The notes under the pieces are model-generated. The model searched no databases. It was not told where the DNA came from and saw only the letters and a program-made list of their open reading frames with translations. This document shows positions 50,429 through 60,501 of a DNA stretch of 64,000 nucleotides, in pieces. The stretch is taken from contig OZ242318.1 in the NCBI GenBank assembly GCA_965208105.1, positions 2,080,001-2,144,000 of the forward strand. The letters run 5' to 3'. The position numbers and the translations under genes were made by a program. Each line of letters opens with the position of its first letter. Within the stretch, counting starts at the first letter, position 1. This stretch comes from Candidatus Latescibacterota bacterium. GTDB taxonomy: Bacteria; Latescibacterota; UBA2968; UBA8231.

Positions 50429-51109
50429 TTACCACAGTATCTTCGCTAAGTGCTGCTCCCTCGACCTCTCCGCGATCTCCACCACCGTCAGGCCCTCCTT
50501 CTCCACCCGGTCGGCCACAGCGGCCCACCACGAGTAGAAATCCAGAAGGTTCATGTCCTGCTCCGGCGTCCGCCCGAATGCATGACGCGAACCGAACATC
50601 ATATCCCCACCCTCGCAGCCCCACAGATGGGCATTGCGCCTGGCCCACTCCATCAACTGAAGGTCGGTTTCCAGGCCCAAGTCCCGCGCCATTGCATACG
50701 AACCCCGGTGATAGCTGGCGTCCGTGTGCGTCTGCGTATCCCGCAGCACTCGCGGCCGCTTCGGATTGTCGCAAGGGAAATCAGGCAGCTCGAAGGCCCA
50801 ATCATGCACCCCGCCGCACTCCTCGATCTCCTCCAGGGTAGACAGGAAGTAGTAGCCCGCATGACAAGCCACCGTTCCGCACAGCGCCTCGAAGCGCAGG
50901 AAGTAGCGGTTGATGGTCCCCGTGCTCATGTCCACTTCTGCGTCCGGATTCCTCTCGTGCATGTCTTTGAATCGCGCCGCGACACGGCGGATCGCCGCAA
51001 CTCCTGGACGGAAACAAGCCATGCAAACCCGCTCCTCCTTGCCCTCGCACTCGACCTTCACCACGGTCTGGCAAGGTCTCAGTATCTCGCACCTGCTACA
51101 CAACAACAT
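50429..51109 (-). CDS. Hypothetical phage-like protein with N-terminal zinc finger
   Basis: GAGGAG RBS; CxxC...CxxC; CGTVACHAG. Confidence 0.65.
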   Translation of the reverse strand: MLLCSRCEILRPCQTVVKVECEGKEERVCMACFRPGVAAIRRVAARFKDMHERNPDAEVDMSTGTINRYFLRFEALCGTVACHAGYYFLSTLEEIEECGGVHDWAFELPDFPCDNPKRPRVLRDTQTHTDASYHRGSYAMARDLGLETDLQLMEWARRNAHLWGCEGGDMMFGSRHAFGRTPEQDMNLLDFYSWWAAVADRVEKEGLTVVEIAERSREQHLAKILW

Positions 51110-51162
51110 GTCTTCTCCTCGATGTGAAGCTGGGGACGGCTACCCACCGCCCCCGGCAGTTT

Positions 51163-51504
51163 CTACGGATGGAACAGCCGCGCCAGGCCCAAGCGCCGGA
51201 ATGCCTGCTCCACCTCAGAATTGAGCAGTGTATCAATCCCCAGCCAGTAGCCCAGCCCCGAAGTCCACTCGTGCAGCTTCTCCAGCGTTTTCGCGAACTC
51301 CTCCGGGGTCTCGCACTCCTGAACCTCAAGGTCCCCCTCCTGGAACTTCACGACCTTCAAGGCCATAGGGTTGGCCCACTGCCCGAAGTAGCTGGCATCC
51401 TGCGTTGTGTCGATCTGTGCATAGCCCTTGGAGACATGACACGCGCCGAAGTCGAAGCGGTAGCGGTCCCCGTGCGGCTCCAAGTGCTGCCGTGTGATCT
51501 TCAT
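51163..51504 (-). CDS. Conserved plasmid/phage hypothetical protein
   Basis: DRYRFDF...GYAQIDTTQDASYFGQWANP...EGD, recalled from conjugative elements; ATGA coupling. Confidence 0.7.
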   Translation of the reverse strand: MKITRQHLEPHGDRYRFDFGACHVSKGYAQIDTTQDASYFGQWANPMALKVVKFQEGDLEVQECETPEEFAKTLEKLHEWTSGLGYWLGIDTLLNSEVEQAFRRLGLARLFHP

Positions 51505-51956
51505 GCCTCCCCCTCCTCGACACGAGCAAGGAAGTCCTTGTCTGTCTCGATGTGCTCAGGGTAGTCCTCGTCGAACTCGAAGGGCCGGAACACCAGTCGC
51601 GCCTTGATCGGCATCACGGGTTTCACCTCCGAGACAGGGACCCCGCGTTCAGGGTGATAGTCGTCGAAATTGCGAATCCAGGCCCGCAGCTCAGCCGGGA
51701 GCAGGAATGTTGCTATGGTCTCTCGGTTGTATGGGGTGGGAATGTTGAAGTAGATATGGAGGCGCTCCCCACCCACAACCACATTTGATGCGCCTAACGG
51801 TTCGGCCACTCGAAAGGTAGCCCGCGCCGTTGGGCACTCGCCGCTGTCGCACTGAACCCCGTGCTTGATGTCGGATTGCTCAATGCTGATGTCGAGAGAA
51901 CGCGGTATCTTGCGCCGCACTTCTCGATGCACCTGGAGATAAGGGCCATTGCTCAT
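51501..51956 (-). CDS. Hypothetical protein, DxxxCPxA paralog 2
   Basis: GAGGAGGAG RBS; DIKHG...D...CPTA...LP..L..W.RNFD. Confidence 0.7.
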   Translation of the reverse strand: MSNGPYLQVHREVRRKIPRSLDISIEQSDIKHGVQCDSGECPTARATFRVAEPLGASNVVVGGERLHIYFNIPTPYNRETIATFLLPAELRAWIRNFDDYHPERGVPVSEVKPVMPIKARLVFRPFEFDEDYPEHIETDKDFLARVEEGEA

Positions 51957-52050
51957 TACTCCTCCTCGTGATGGGTAATAGCGGGGCTTGGGGTACCGGC
52001 TCTGCGCTTTACCCGGCGAGACTGCCCCGACAGTCTCGCCGTCCCCTCAG

Positions 52051-52440
52051 CTACACTACTGGCTCGGGTTCCTCCGGCGACAAATCCCTGAAGGCGACAA
52101 GGTGATAGTTCGATTTCGGAAGCTGTGCCTTGATCGGCTTCACCTGCTGACAGTGATCGAAATTCCTCACCCATTTCCTCAGCACCGCAGGGAGCACGTA
52201 GCACACTCTCAGCCTGTGCCTCGGCTCCACTCCGTCAAAGCCGAACATGACGCTGATGGAGCCCACTGAGACGGTAACGGTGCGGGATTCCAGAATTCTC
52301 ATGGTCCGCAATGCTGCCAGGGCTGTGGGGCATTCACGGCAATCCGCCGTGACTCCGGCGTTGATGTCGTGTAGCTCGATGCTGATCTCAAGCTGCTTCG
52401 GCAGCTCGCTGAACAGCTTTTCGGATGGTGTAGGTTGCAC
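52051..52440 (-). CDS. Hypothetical protein, DxxxCPxA paralog 3
   Basis: GAGGAGG RBS; DINAG...D...CPTA...LP..L..W.RNFD. Confidence 0.7.
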   Translation of the reverse strand: MQPTPSEKLFSELPKQLEISIELHDINAGVTADCRECPTALAALRTMRILESRTVTVSVGSISVMFGFDGVEPRHRLRVCYVLPAVLRKWVRNFDHCQQVKPIKAQLPKSNYHLVAFRDLSPEEPEPVV

Positions 52441-52496
52441 TGTGGTTCCTCCTCGACACGAATTGAGGGAGGAGACCGAAGTCTCCTCCCTCGGGG

Positions 52497-52970
52497 TTAG
52501 ATGTGGATGCTGATGTGGTCGTAGAGCAGCTTATAGGCTCGTTCGCTCAGGAAGTGCTTGTCTGCCGTGTTGGCCTCGGCCCAACCTTTCTCGGCCTTCA
52601 GATCCAACACGATCCGCACCGGCGATTTGCCCACCTTCAGCGAGACCTTGAAATCCAAGGCGATGGGCTCAAGGTCAAACTTCCGGATACTCCCGTTGTT
52701 CCACTCTGCAGCGGAGATGCTGCTGATGACGTTGCACTCCGTCAGCGGCTTGTCTATAGCCTCCTGCAAGGCTCCATCGACGTGATCGGCGTCAACGATC
52801 TCTCCTACCTGCTCCCAATCGAGATACTTGGTCGTGTTGAATACATCAGCACGATACAGGGTGATTTCCCCTGCGACCCAACCCTCGATCAAGGCAAGGT
52901 CCTCGAAGTAGTCGATAGCCTGACAAGCGTCCTCGGTGGTCATAGGCGCTTGGGCCTGCTTTGTGGTCAT
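52497..52970 (-). CDS. Hypothetical phage-like protein
   Basis: AGGAGG RBS; followed by a UUCG hairpin. Confidence 0.6.
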   Translation of the reverse strand: MTTKQAQAPMTTEDACQAIDYFEDLALIEGWVAGEITLYRADVFNTTKYLDWEQVGEIVDADHVDGALQEAIDKPLTECNVISSISAAEWNNGSIRKFDLEPIALDFKVSLKVGKSPVRIVLDLKAEKGWAEANTADKHFLSERAYKLLYDHISIHI

Positions 52971-53146
52971 GTGGCGTTCCCTCCTACTATGAACAAGCGA
53001 TTGTAGAGCAGGGCTAAGGCCCACACGACGGGGAAGTAGAACACCGTCATGGGGAGTAGCCACCGCTCCCGGTAGAAGCCCACCGCGACTACCGCAAGGC
53101 GCAGCGGCAGGACCACGGTCAAGGCGAAAATGGCCGAGTGAGGCAT
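52967..53146 (-). CDS. 59-aa two-TM protein, first gene of the operon (not in the ORF track)
   Basis: AGGAG RBS; MPHSAIFALTVVLPLRLAVVAVGFY...VFYFPVVWALALLY; ATGA overlap with next gene. Confidence 0.6.
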   Translation of the reverse strand: MPHSAIFALTVVLPLRLAVVAVGFYRERWLLPMTVFYFPVVWALALLYNRLFIVGGNAT

Positions 53147-53203
53147 GGTCTATCTCTCCTGTTTCAGGGGCTGCAGCCTAAGGAATGGTTAACGTTATGC
53201 CAC

Positions 53204-53232
53204 ATAATACCACATTTAGCCACGTTTTGCAA
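53204..53232 (-). promoter_or_regulatory. Sigma70-type promoter of the phage-like operon
   Basis: TTGCAA-17 bp-TATTAT with extended -10 TG, about 60 bp before the first start codon. Confidence 0.7.
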
Positions 53233-55344
53233 GGACAATGTTTGGTGCGTGGCAGGAGGGGTTGAACGGGGGTGAAGCGGTAGGGTTTCGTTCGCTAATC
53301 TAACGAGGCATCAGGAGTGCAGGGGCAGGTAGCTTTCTGCAACTTGTGAGGGACCGATTTGTAAAGGGAAGCGGGGGCCTTGCTCGGACGGCGGTGCGGC
53401 GTGGAACTCTCCTGTCCTGCTCTAAACCTCGCGGCCGTGTCGCATGCCATACATTACTCGCGCCCATTTCGGCATCCCTGGGCGAGGGGTGATCGACGGC
53501 CGCTCAGGACGCCTCGACGCCCGCCAAATGACCCAACGAGGCACCGCTTGCGCACCGCAGAGCGGAAGGGGGGTCCGAGGTCGAAGAGAACTCCTGTCTG
53601 GCTCGCTATTCGTGGGGCCGGATTTCCACCAATGTCAACCTTTTTCCACCAAATCCCACCTACAAGGCGACCCCAGGAGTCTCGCACAGGGTGGAAGTAG
53701 GTCTTGCGTCCGACGCTGATACACGCACAGATTTTGCCCCCTGGACCAAAACGCTGTCCAGGAGCTTGCGGATTTGGCTTTGGAACTCCTCATAATAGGG
53801 GTTATCGATACTACTAAAGGGAGAAAAAACAATGGTTTACGGAGCAATTAGGCAAGCATCGGGCAGCTCCTCGGGGCCGATGGACGGCGCACTGAATCCC
53901 AGCCGACGCCCGTTACCCCGTGGGTCATGGCTGATCACTTCCCATAGCCCCGATTAAAGGAAGTGATCGACCAAACCAGCGGCGGCGGCAGCCCGCACGA
54001 CCCGCACGAAATGAACGCACGCCCATCGACGGCGGCCGTGGGGGGGGGGTATCCCCAGATTCGCGCCGGCGCAGCCGCCGCGGAGTCCTAAGAGCCTCTT
54101 GCACAAGGGGATACGGAAATTTTTCAGCCAGGCGAAAATTTTTTTTTGGGGTAGAGAATTGCAGGTTTGGCCGGTTGGGCCGGAGGGCGGGTTTGGACCG
54201 TATCCCACCACTTCCCACCAAAATCAACCACGGAATTGGGGGGTATTTTCACCGGAGGGCCGAAAAGGCCGGATTTTCGACTCGAAGTAGGCTCGGATCT
54301 GGTCGCGGCGCTTCGATTTCAGCAAAATTCCGCCGAGATTGCAGTTTCACCCGCGCCAATCCGGGCAGGCAATTTTCGCCACGGTCGCGGAGGTATTCGA
54401 CAGATGATTTTGGGGCCACAAGCACCTCAAAAACCTCCTCGACACTCCGGCGATCCGGGCCGAGTTTTACCTGCCAGGTCGAGGAGGTTTTCGACAGAGG
54501 AGAGAGGGCAGTGGCCACCGTGGCTGGCACGGAGGCCGAGAGCTATCCGCAACCTAACAGGCAAGGCGGCACGGACTGGCGTAGGAGCTAGACTGATTCC
54601 GCCGAGAGGGGGCCCTTCACCGCGCTGCAGGGGTCTGCAACCCTGGAGTGTCCACTGACCACAAAAACTCCCTCTCCCCATGCAAGAGTTCTCTACATGA
54701 CTCCTTCCGACCAGAAAGGTAAATATCATTCCTTTCTGACCGTCCAGGTTGAATCGCCGTTGCTGTTGATGCTCCAGCAGGCAGAGTGGATAGCCATGGC
54801 TCATGGACAAATGGCGGAGTATCTGGATGGACCCGGCGACGACCCAACGCAGCGCTGATGCGATAGAGACGACCGGCCGTTAGGATCAGGGGATGACCCT
54901 CACCTGCACCTTCTCCAGCGAATCTGGAAGCGGCTTTCCATTGAGATGGTCTTCGAATAAAGTTATGAGAGTGCTTGTCAGCATGTGGACGCGGGGCAGA
55001 TTGTCCAGCGAGTCGTAACGCCCAATAAGCACCGCCGTAACACCTGATGCCTTCATGAAGAAGATGGACACGTCTTGGGCCGGGAACCGCCACCATTCTT
55101 CGGCATACTTGTGCGCGTCTTTCCGATCGCCCTAATTATCCTGATGACGTCCGCTTGTTGTTGAATGGAAAGCAAATTTTGATGCTTTGAAACATTCGCA
55201 GCGTCACGGATCAATCCCGTCACCAATAAGGTACCAGGCTTGGCGCGGTAAGGCTGGTACCTTTATGAAGTTCCGCTCATCGTCCGTGGGATATTTCAGT
55301 CCTTTCTTGGTGGTCCGATCGAAGGCGACCTTGTTGTCGGCGAT

Positions 55345-55422
55345 CATGAACAGCGTCCCGCCGTCTCCGTAGGGGCCCGGTTTTGAGATTGATTTCACCT
55401 TTGCTGCCGTCAGCTTTTCCAT
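55345..55422 (-). pseudogene. P4-type integrase N-terminal (arm-binding) stub
   Basis: MEKLTAAKVKSISKPGPYGDGGTLF, then unrelated sequence. Confidence 0.75.
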
Positions 55423-55562
55423 AATTTATCCTCACGGTTTAACCGACGGAATAGTAAAGGATATAACGGAATCGTCGGAAAACCGCAGACCAAACGGAGA
55501 TCGACAACTTGTTTATGGGAAAGAAGTTAAGAGCACTAAAGGGAACAGAAGGGAATCGAGAG

Positions 55563-55589
55563 AACGGGCAGGATGGTGCCGAGGGTCGG
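55563..55589 (-). repeat. att-like site: tRNA-Leu 3'-end remnant (copy 2)
   Basis: Minus strand CCGACCCTCGGCACCA, about 150 bp upstream of the integrase ATG. Confidence 0.7.
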
Positions 55590-55689
55590 TGGCAAACACG
55601 CGGGCGAGCAGGGCCACCCGTACCAGGCGATGGGCGCTGGGTGGAGCGCTCAAAGCGCGGTCCGCCACCGTCGATTCGGCTACCGTTTG

Positions 55690-56160
55690 GGCGGGCACGG
55701 CGTTTTGAGCGCGATGGAAAGCTGTTGCGAATTGAGGAGGCGCAGGCGCCCGGCGGACAGAGACGGTCGGGCCACGTAGCAGCATAAGCGTTCGAGCCCA
55801 CGCCGGTCCGGGCCTGCGGTCCGCGTAGCTGCATGCAGGGATAACCCCTTCGAAGCGAAGCACATGGGCGCCGTTCGCACACCGGTGGCCGGATCTTTCA
55901 AGGCGCGTAGCAAGCGCTAGCCGCCGCGTGCCCCGGTGGCGATTGTCCCCCGCACCGAGGCTGCCGTGAGGGCAGCCAGCACGGGCTCCTCACCGACGAG
56001 CCGATCGGCTTGAGTTGTCGTCAAGCAGGCCGCGTTTCGTGCACAAGCGGAGGATGCGGCGCACACTCAACTCCACGATCTGCTGCACAGCTTGGTCGGA
56101 CAACGGCGGGGCCGGAACGAAAACCGGAGCTTCCTCCCCGTCCGAAATAGACCCGCCCCT
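55690..56160 (-). pseudogene. IS91-family (Y2) transposase fragment
   Basis: GLSLHAAT...RRGLERLCCYVARP...LKTP, plus FVPAPPLSDQAVQQIVE in another frame. Confidence 0.7.
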
Positions 56161-56186
56161 TCGCTCCCTGAGTGCCCGCTTCCCGC

Positions 56187-57314
56187 CTATCGCGGGGATG
56201 GGTGCCCGCCGCCATATTCGCGATCCAGATCGCGATAGATCGTGTGCACATGATCCACGGGATTGCCGCCCCTGCTGCCTCCCCGCGCGTCATTCGCATA
56301 TTCGATGATGATGGACGGCCCCTGGATGGAATAAGACATATCGCTTCCAGCCACAATGGGGCCGCTCCAGGCGAACCAGGTCTCATCAAGCGCCTCAAAA
56401 AACCGCTCACCCTGCGCTCGGGCATGGCTCCGTGGCATGATCTCGAACCACTGCGAGGCCAGAGCCAGGAGCTTGTCCTTCTGCACCTCATCCAGCGAGT
56501 TGCCGCGGATCCCGATCGGCTCCGGGACGACCCCATCCTGCCCCGCCCCCACCCGCAGGGCCCCGCGCTGCTCGCTGATCACAGCCAAGGTCCGTTGCGC
56601 CGCCGTCAGGCTGTGGACTAACTCATGCGCAAGGTCGGTCGCTCCGGCCATCGGTCGCCTTTCCACACCCGCGACGAAGAACGCCTGCGGAAAGGTGCCG
56701 ATGAAGCTGGGCGACATCGAATAGGCGGCGCCCTCCAACGTCAGGTTCAAGGCAATATGATGCCCATCGAGTTGCACCGCCCATCGGGATGTGACCGACG
56801 GCTCGCCAAAAACGGAGACACGACAGGCCTCGATCCCGACTCCCGCATTGATCTTGCCGTCGATACGGGCGCGGAGATCATCTCCCAGCATCGTGTCTCG
56901 TATCTTGTGGTAGCCGGTCTCACTGAGCACGGCCGCAAGCAGGTCCGAGAAGGCGCGAAGCTGAGCCTCGTTCAGATCGCCCAGGGCAAGGCCCCCCATC
57001 TCCCCACGAGCCGGGGCATTGCTCCACCGGGTTCTTTCAGCACTCGTCAGACGATAGTGCGCCGACCGTCTCTGCCCGTCATTGAGCGACCGAAGGAAAC
57101 GGTTGGCCGCACGCACCCTATGCGCCGGCGAGTGATCCGACCGGGGTGGCCGGTAGGTGCCCAGAAGGGCACCGGCCCGAGAGGCATAACCCGAGGGAGG
57201 GAGGGCGGTGTCCGCGTCGGCGCTCTCGGTTTTGCCTTTTCCGGTAGAGTTGCTGGCCGCGATGGTGAGTGCGAAGCACGGGCAGAGAAAAATCGCTACA
57301 AATAACTGTCTCAT
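56187..57314 (-). CDS. Secreted DUF3500-family protein
   Basis: Signal; WSNAP, LSETGY.K, FGEP...W...GHHIALN, TWFAWSG, HVHTIYRD...YG. Confidence 0.8.
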   Translation of the reverse strand: MRQLFVAIFLCPCFALTIAASNSTGKGKTESADADTALPPSGYASRAGALLGTYRPPRSDHSPAHRVRAANRFLRSLNDGQRRSAHYRLTSAERTRWSNAPARGEMGGLALGDLNEAQLRAFSDLLAAVLSETGYHKIRDTMLGDDLRARIDGKINAGVGIEACRVSVFGEPSVTSRWAVQLDGHHIALNLTLEGAAYSMSPSFIGTFPQAFFVAGVERRPMAGATDLAHELVHSLTAAQRTLAVISEQRGALRVGAGQDGVVPEPIGIRGNSLDEVQKDKLLALASQWFEIMPRSHARAQGERFFEALDETWFAWSGPIVAGSDMSYSIQGPSIIIEYANDARGGSRGGNPVDHVHTIYRDLDREYGGGHPSPR

Positions 57315-57474
57315 TACCCCTCCGGTCGGGCTCGAGCCCTGGTGGCCGAGGCCTTGGGCGACGTGTCGGACCATCTTTCTGGCCTCCGCTAGAAAATGGA
57401 ATTATGTACGTGAGTAACTGGACTTTTGCAAAATGAGGATTTCCTGCTGATAAGTCCAGGTTTTCGGTAGTGTC

Positions 57475-58353
57475 TCAGTTTGAAATTCGGCGCTTGTAAG
57501 TTTTTGGGCGCTTGGGTTTGGGTGCCTTGGCATCTATCAAGCTGATGATCCATCCCATATTGCGCGGGGAGGAGCTGAGTCCAGCCTCCATCGCGGGCGT
57601 CACCCTGAGCGTTTTGTGAATCCGGCAGAAATTGTAGTGCAGAAAATACAGGCTCAGCATATGCAGGTGATTGTCCAGCTTCTTACTAAACGCGTTGGTC
57701 AGCCTGGTAAAGCGACGCATGCCCATCCTCATACTCAGGTTGTGGCGCTCCACATGCGACGTACTGATGGCTGCTTTGTCCGGCTGGCCCTGAATCCGCC
57801 GCTTTCGGGTGCCAGTGCATCGAGATGGGCTGTACCGCTTCTCCTCTTTCGGCGGGTCCTGGAAAAGCTTAATTAGCTGGGCGAAATCTACTGTATCCCC
57901 AAAGGCCTCCTCGACCGCTTCCAGATAGCTATGTAGTCCGTCCGTGGTAAGCTGGACCCTGCCCAATAAACGGCTGCGCAGGTCCAGCATGAAATCCCTG
58001 GCCGTATCCAGCGACCTGTCTCCAATGAGGTAGCACAGGATCATCTTGCTGTCAGAGTCCAGGGCCGTCCAGGTCCAGACATCGCCCGACCCACCAGGGG
58101 CATTTTTGGCCGTCTCGACGTTTTTGTCTTTGGCGTAGCAGAAGGACCAAATCTCATCACACTGCACCCGTTTGGCCTGGATGCCGCGCACCATCTCATC
58201 ATGGTATTCGGCGCATGCCCAACCAGCGTCTACCAGGAGCTTTGTGACTGTGTTGATGGATACGTCAGCCGTGCGGCTGATGGAGCGCATGGACATCCCC
58301 TCGACCAGCATATTGAGGATCATCACGCGCTTGGATAGGGGCAACTGATTCAT
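57475..58353 (-). CDS. IS1-family DDE transposase, single ORF
   Basis: HTH N-terminus; QCDEIWSF, LTTDG, VERHNL.MR...RRFTRLTNAFSKK, YNF. Confidence 0.9.
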   Translation of the reverse strand: MNQLPLSKRVMILNMLVEGMSMRSISRTADVSINTVTKLLVDAGWACAEYHDEMVRGIQAKRVQCDEIWSFCYAKDKNVETAKNAPGGSGDVWTWTALDSDSKMILCYLIGDRSLDTARDFMLDLRSRLLGRVQLTTDGLHSYLEAVEEAFGDTVDFAQLIKLFQDPPKEEKRYSPSRCTGTRKRRIQGQPDKAAISTSHVERHNLSMRMGMRRFTRLTNAFSKKLDNHLHMLSLYFLHYNFCRIHKTLRVTPAMEAGLSSSPRNMGWIISLIDAKAPKPKRPKTYKRRISN

Positions 58354-58420
58354 GCCCCTAATATAGGAAAGGAATAGGAAAGGAACCGCTATTTGTCAAG
58401 CATTTATTTCATTTTATTTT

Positions 58421-58987
58421 CTATATTGGGTTAGATCTTCCAATCATCAAATCAGCGGCAGAGTATTCAAACTCGCTGTTCAGCATTCGAACTTGGAGCG
58501 TTTTTTCCTTTTTCTCATTTGGTTCTGATACCGTCAACTGGGCTGCCAGTTCTATGATCCTATCTAATTCTGTTTCACTAACAAACTTTGAAACTGCCGT
58601 CTCAATATCTGTGTCGCTATGAGTCAAATCCACTAATTTTTGCAATACCTTTTTAAGTTCGGAAGAGTAAAATCGAACCTCCTCGCTTAGGTTCCTAGGT
58701 TGATGTATGTGCATATTAACCTCAAACCCACAAGCAACAACAAATGAAAAAAACGTAAAAAGTGACAACTTATCGCTAGTTGCGTCCTCAATCTTTGAAA
58801 TCTGGCTTGGACTAACTCCAAGCCTTTCAGCAAGGCTGGCCTCGTCCAAATTCTTTAAATTGCGCATCTGGAATAGTATGGAACTGAAGTGCTTCTTCGC
58901 ACAGGTGTTCTTAAATTCTTGAACGAAGCTCTCATCGTCCGAAAGTTCTTCGATCATCTCCATAACCGAAGAAAATGATTTACCCAT
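58421..58987 (-). CDS. XRE-family HTH protein (HigA-like antitoxin)
   Basis: LAERLGVSPSQISKIE; overlaps the upstream toxin-like gene. Confidence 0.75.
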   Translation of the reverse strand: MGKSFSSVMEMIEELSDDESFVQEFKNTCAKKHFSSILFQMRNLKNLDEASLAERLGVSPSQISKIEDATSDKLSLFTFFSFVVACGFEVNMHIHQPRNLSEEVRFYSSELKKVLQKLVDLTHSDTDIETAVSKFVSETELDRIIELAAQLTVSEPNEKKEKTLQVRMLNSEFEYSAADLMIGRSNPI

Positions 58988-59360
58988 TGTTTTCTTCCTC
59001 TCGTTTCCGGTTTAGCTTTTTGACAAAGGAGCGAGCCTCTGCGATGTCTCTTCTTTTTTGAGTACTCTTATCTCCAATTGTGATCTGCCATAAAATTTCT
59101 TTTTCCAATTCGAGAAATGCGTAAAGTCTGACTGGAGCCGCCACTCTTCCACTTCCCCTACCATCAAAAGCTATAACTCCCTTGCCCTCAGGGCGAATCC
59201 CCTTTTTTTTCGTAATTTCCAGGGAATTTTTGCCCAATATTAGAAGATCAAAGAACTTTCGAAAATTCTCTAAGGCTTGTATGGCCTCGAATCTATGCTT
59301 TTTAATAACTTTTTTATACCGTGACTCGAACTGGTCGGACACCTCTATTCGCCAAGCCAT
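58980..59360 (-). CDS. RelE/HigB-like toxin
   Basis: Basic 126-aa protein W.IEVSDQF...RLY...IGDKSTQ.RDI..A, upstream of the HTH gene. Confidence 0.6.
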   Translation of the reverse strand: MAWRIEVSDQFESRYKKVIKKHRFEAIQALENFRKFFDLLILGKNSLEITKKKGIRPEGKGVIAFDGRGSGRVAAPVRLYAFLELEKEILWQITIGDKSTQKRRDIAEARSFVKKLNRKREEENNG

Positions 59361-59383
59361 ATCTTATCAGGTTATTGACGGTA

Positions 59384-59620
59384 CTAATCAGTGGATGCCT
59401 GTGAATCCCATCTAGCCATGGCTGCCTGTCTCGCAATCTCTGAGCGTCTTTTGGGAGATCTTTTCGCTTGGGCAATCGTAGCACCCCGCTTGCCTCCTTT
59501 GACCTTGTTCGGTTGCTTATATCCCTCATCTTCAATCTCGCCAGTTGCGATCTTTGCAACATGCACAGCACAGCCCACTACATCGCCAGGCCTACGTTCT
59601 CCTTTGGGTCCCTTGGGCAT
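59384..59620 (-). CDS. Small basic protein recalled as IS1-associated
   Basis: MPKGPKGERRP.DV.G.AV.VAKIATGE...KGG...RRSEIA..AA.ARW. Confidence 0.7.
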   Translation of the reverse strand: MPKGPKGERRPGDVVGCAVHVAKIATGEIEDEGYKQPNKVKGGKRGATIAQAKRSPKRRSEIARQAAMARWDSQASTD

Positions 59621-60027
59621 AAGAGCTTTCTCCCTTCGCCTGATCTAACCCAATGATGTGATTTATTTTGATGTGGACAAGGACATCCCGCGCAGATTGT
59701 TGATCTGTGGTTCAGATTAGGATGTCCAGGCAATATTAATGGACGGAGGTTACAACTTTATTGGACGCCGCAAGTATTACTTTGTTTCTCTACAACCCAT
59801 TGTGCACTCAAGCCAATAAATTTCAATATGTTGCGCATGGCCTTAATTTCAATGACTAATATACGAAAATTTTCCGCGATTTGTCAACAGCAGTAAACAT
59901 ATTCTTAATTCCTTTAGAATTCAAACTGCGACACTGCCAGGTTTTCGGTAACAGATTTGCCGCCCGAGTAAATTGGCGAGGCAGGGTCTCCCCGCCTTGC
60001 GCGTCCCCTGACACGGTGAAAGGGTTC

Positions 60028-60501
60028 ATGCCGGGTATTGTTGCCTTTCCTACGATCGTCGAGGAAGCCGTGGACGAGTTCGGCTGGATGTTCGCCAACA
60101 CCCCGGAGCGCTGGCACTTTGCCGAATATCTGACCGGGCTGATGGTCGCCGAGCGCAAGAACGTTTCGGCGATCAACGCCGAGTTTGCCCATACCATCAA
60201 TCCATCCTGCCTGAACCGCTGGATCACCCAGATGCCGTGGGGCGTGGGACAACCCAACGACCATCGTTTGGCCTGGTTGCAGGGTCATTGACCCGCTGTT
60301 CAGCGCGGGGGTGATCGCCAATTACGTGTGTTCGTCAGGGGAACATGATCCTTTGGAGTTTCGCCATTTTCGCAAGCGGTAAGAGGGCGTCGAAGGCGAG
60401 TCGGCTAAGCCCTTCAAGAATCACACGGACCTGTTCAAGGAATTGATAGACTGGGTGATGGAGCGAAAGATTCCGAGTGATTTCGCCTTTGACTGCTACT
60501 T
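60028..60501 (+). pseudogene. IS701-family transposase remnant, cut by the IS5 insertion
   Basis: HFAEYLTGL...KNVSAI...LNRWIT, later FAFDCYF abutting the IS5 IR. Confidence 0.7.

Larger units (their letters stand above)
57466..59938 (-). mobile_element. IS1-family element with passenger genes
   Basis: IRs GGTAGTGTCTCAGTTTGAA / GGCAGTGTCGCAGTTTGAA; 8-bp target duplication AGGTTTTC (57458-57465, 59939-59946). Confidence 0.9.

Noticed and set aside
47436-53232. Complete prophage
   Set aside because: No terminase, capsid, tail, lysis or replication genes in the window
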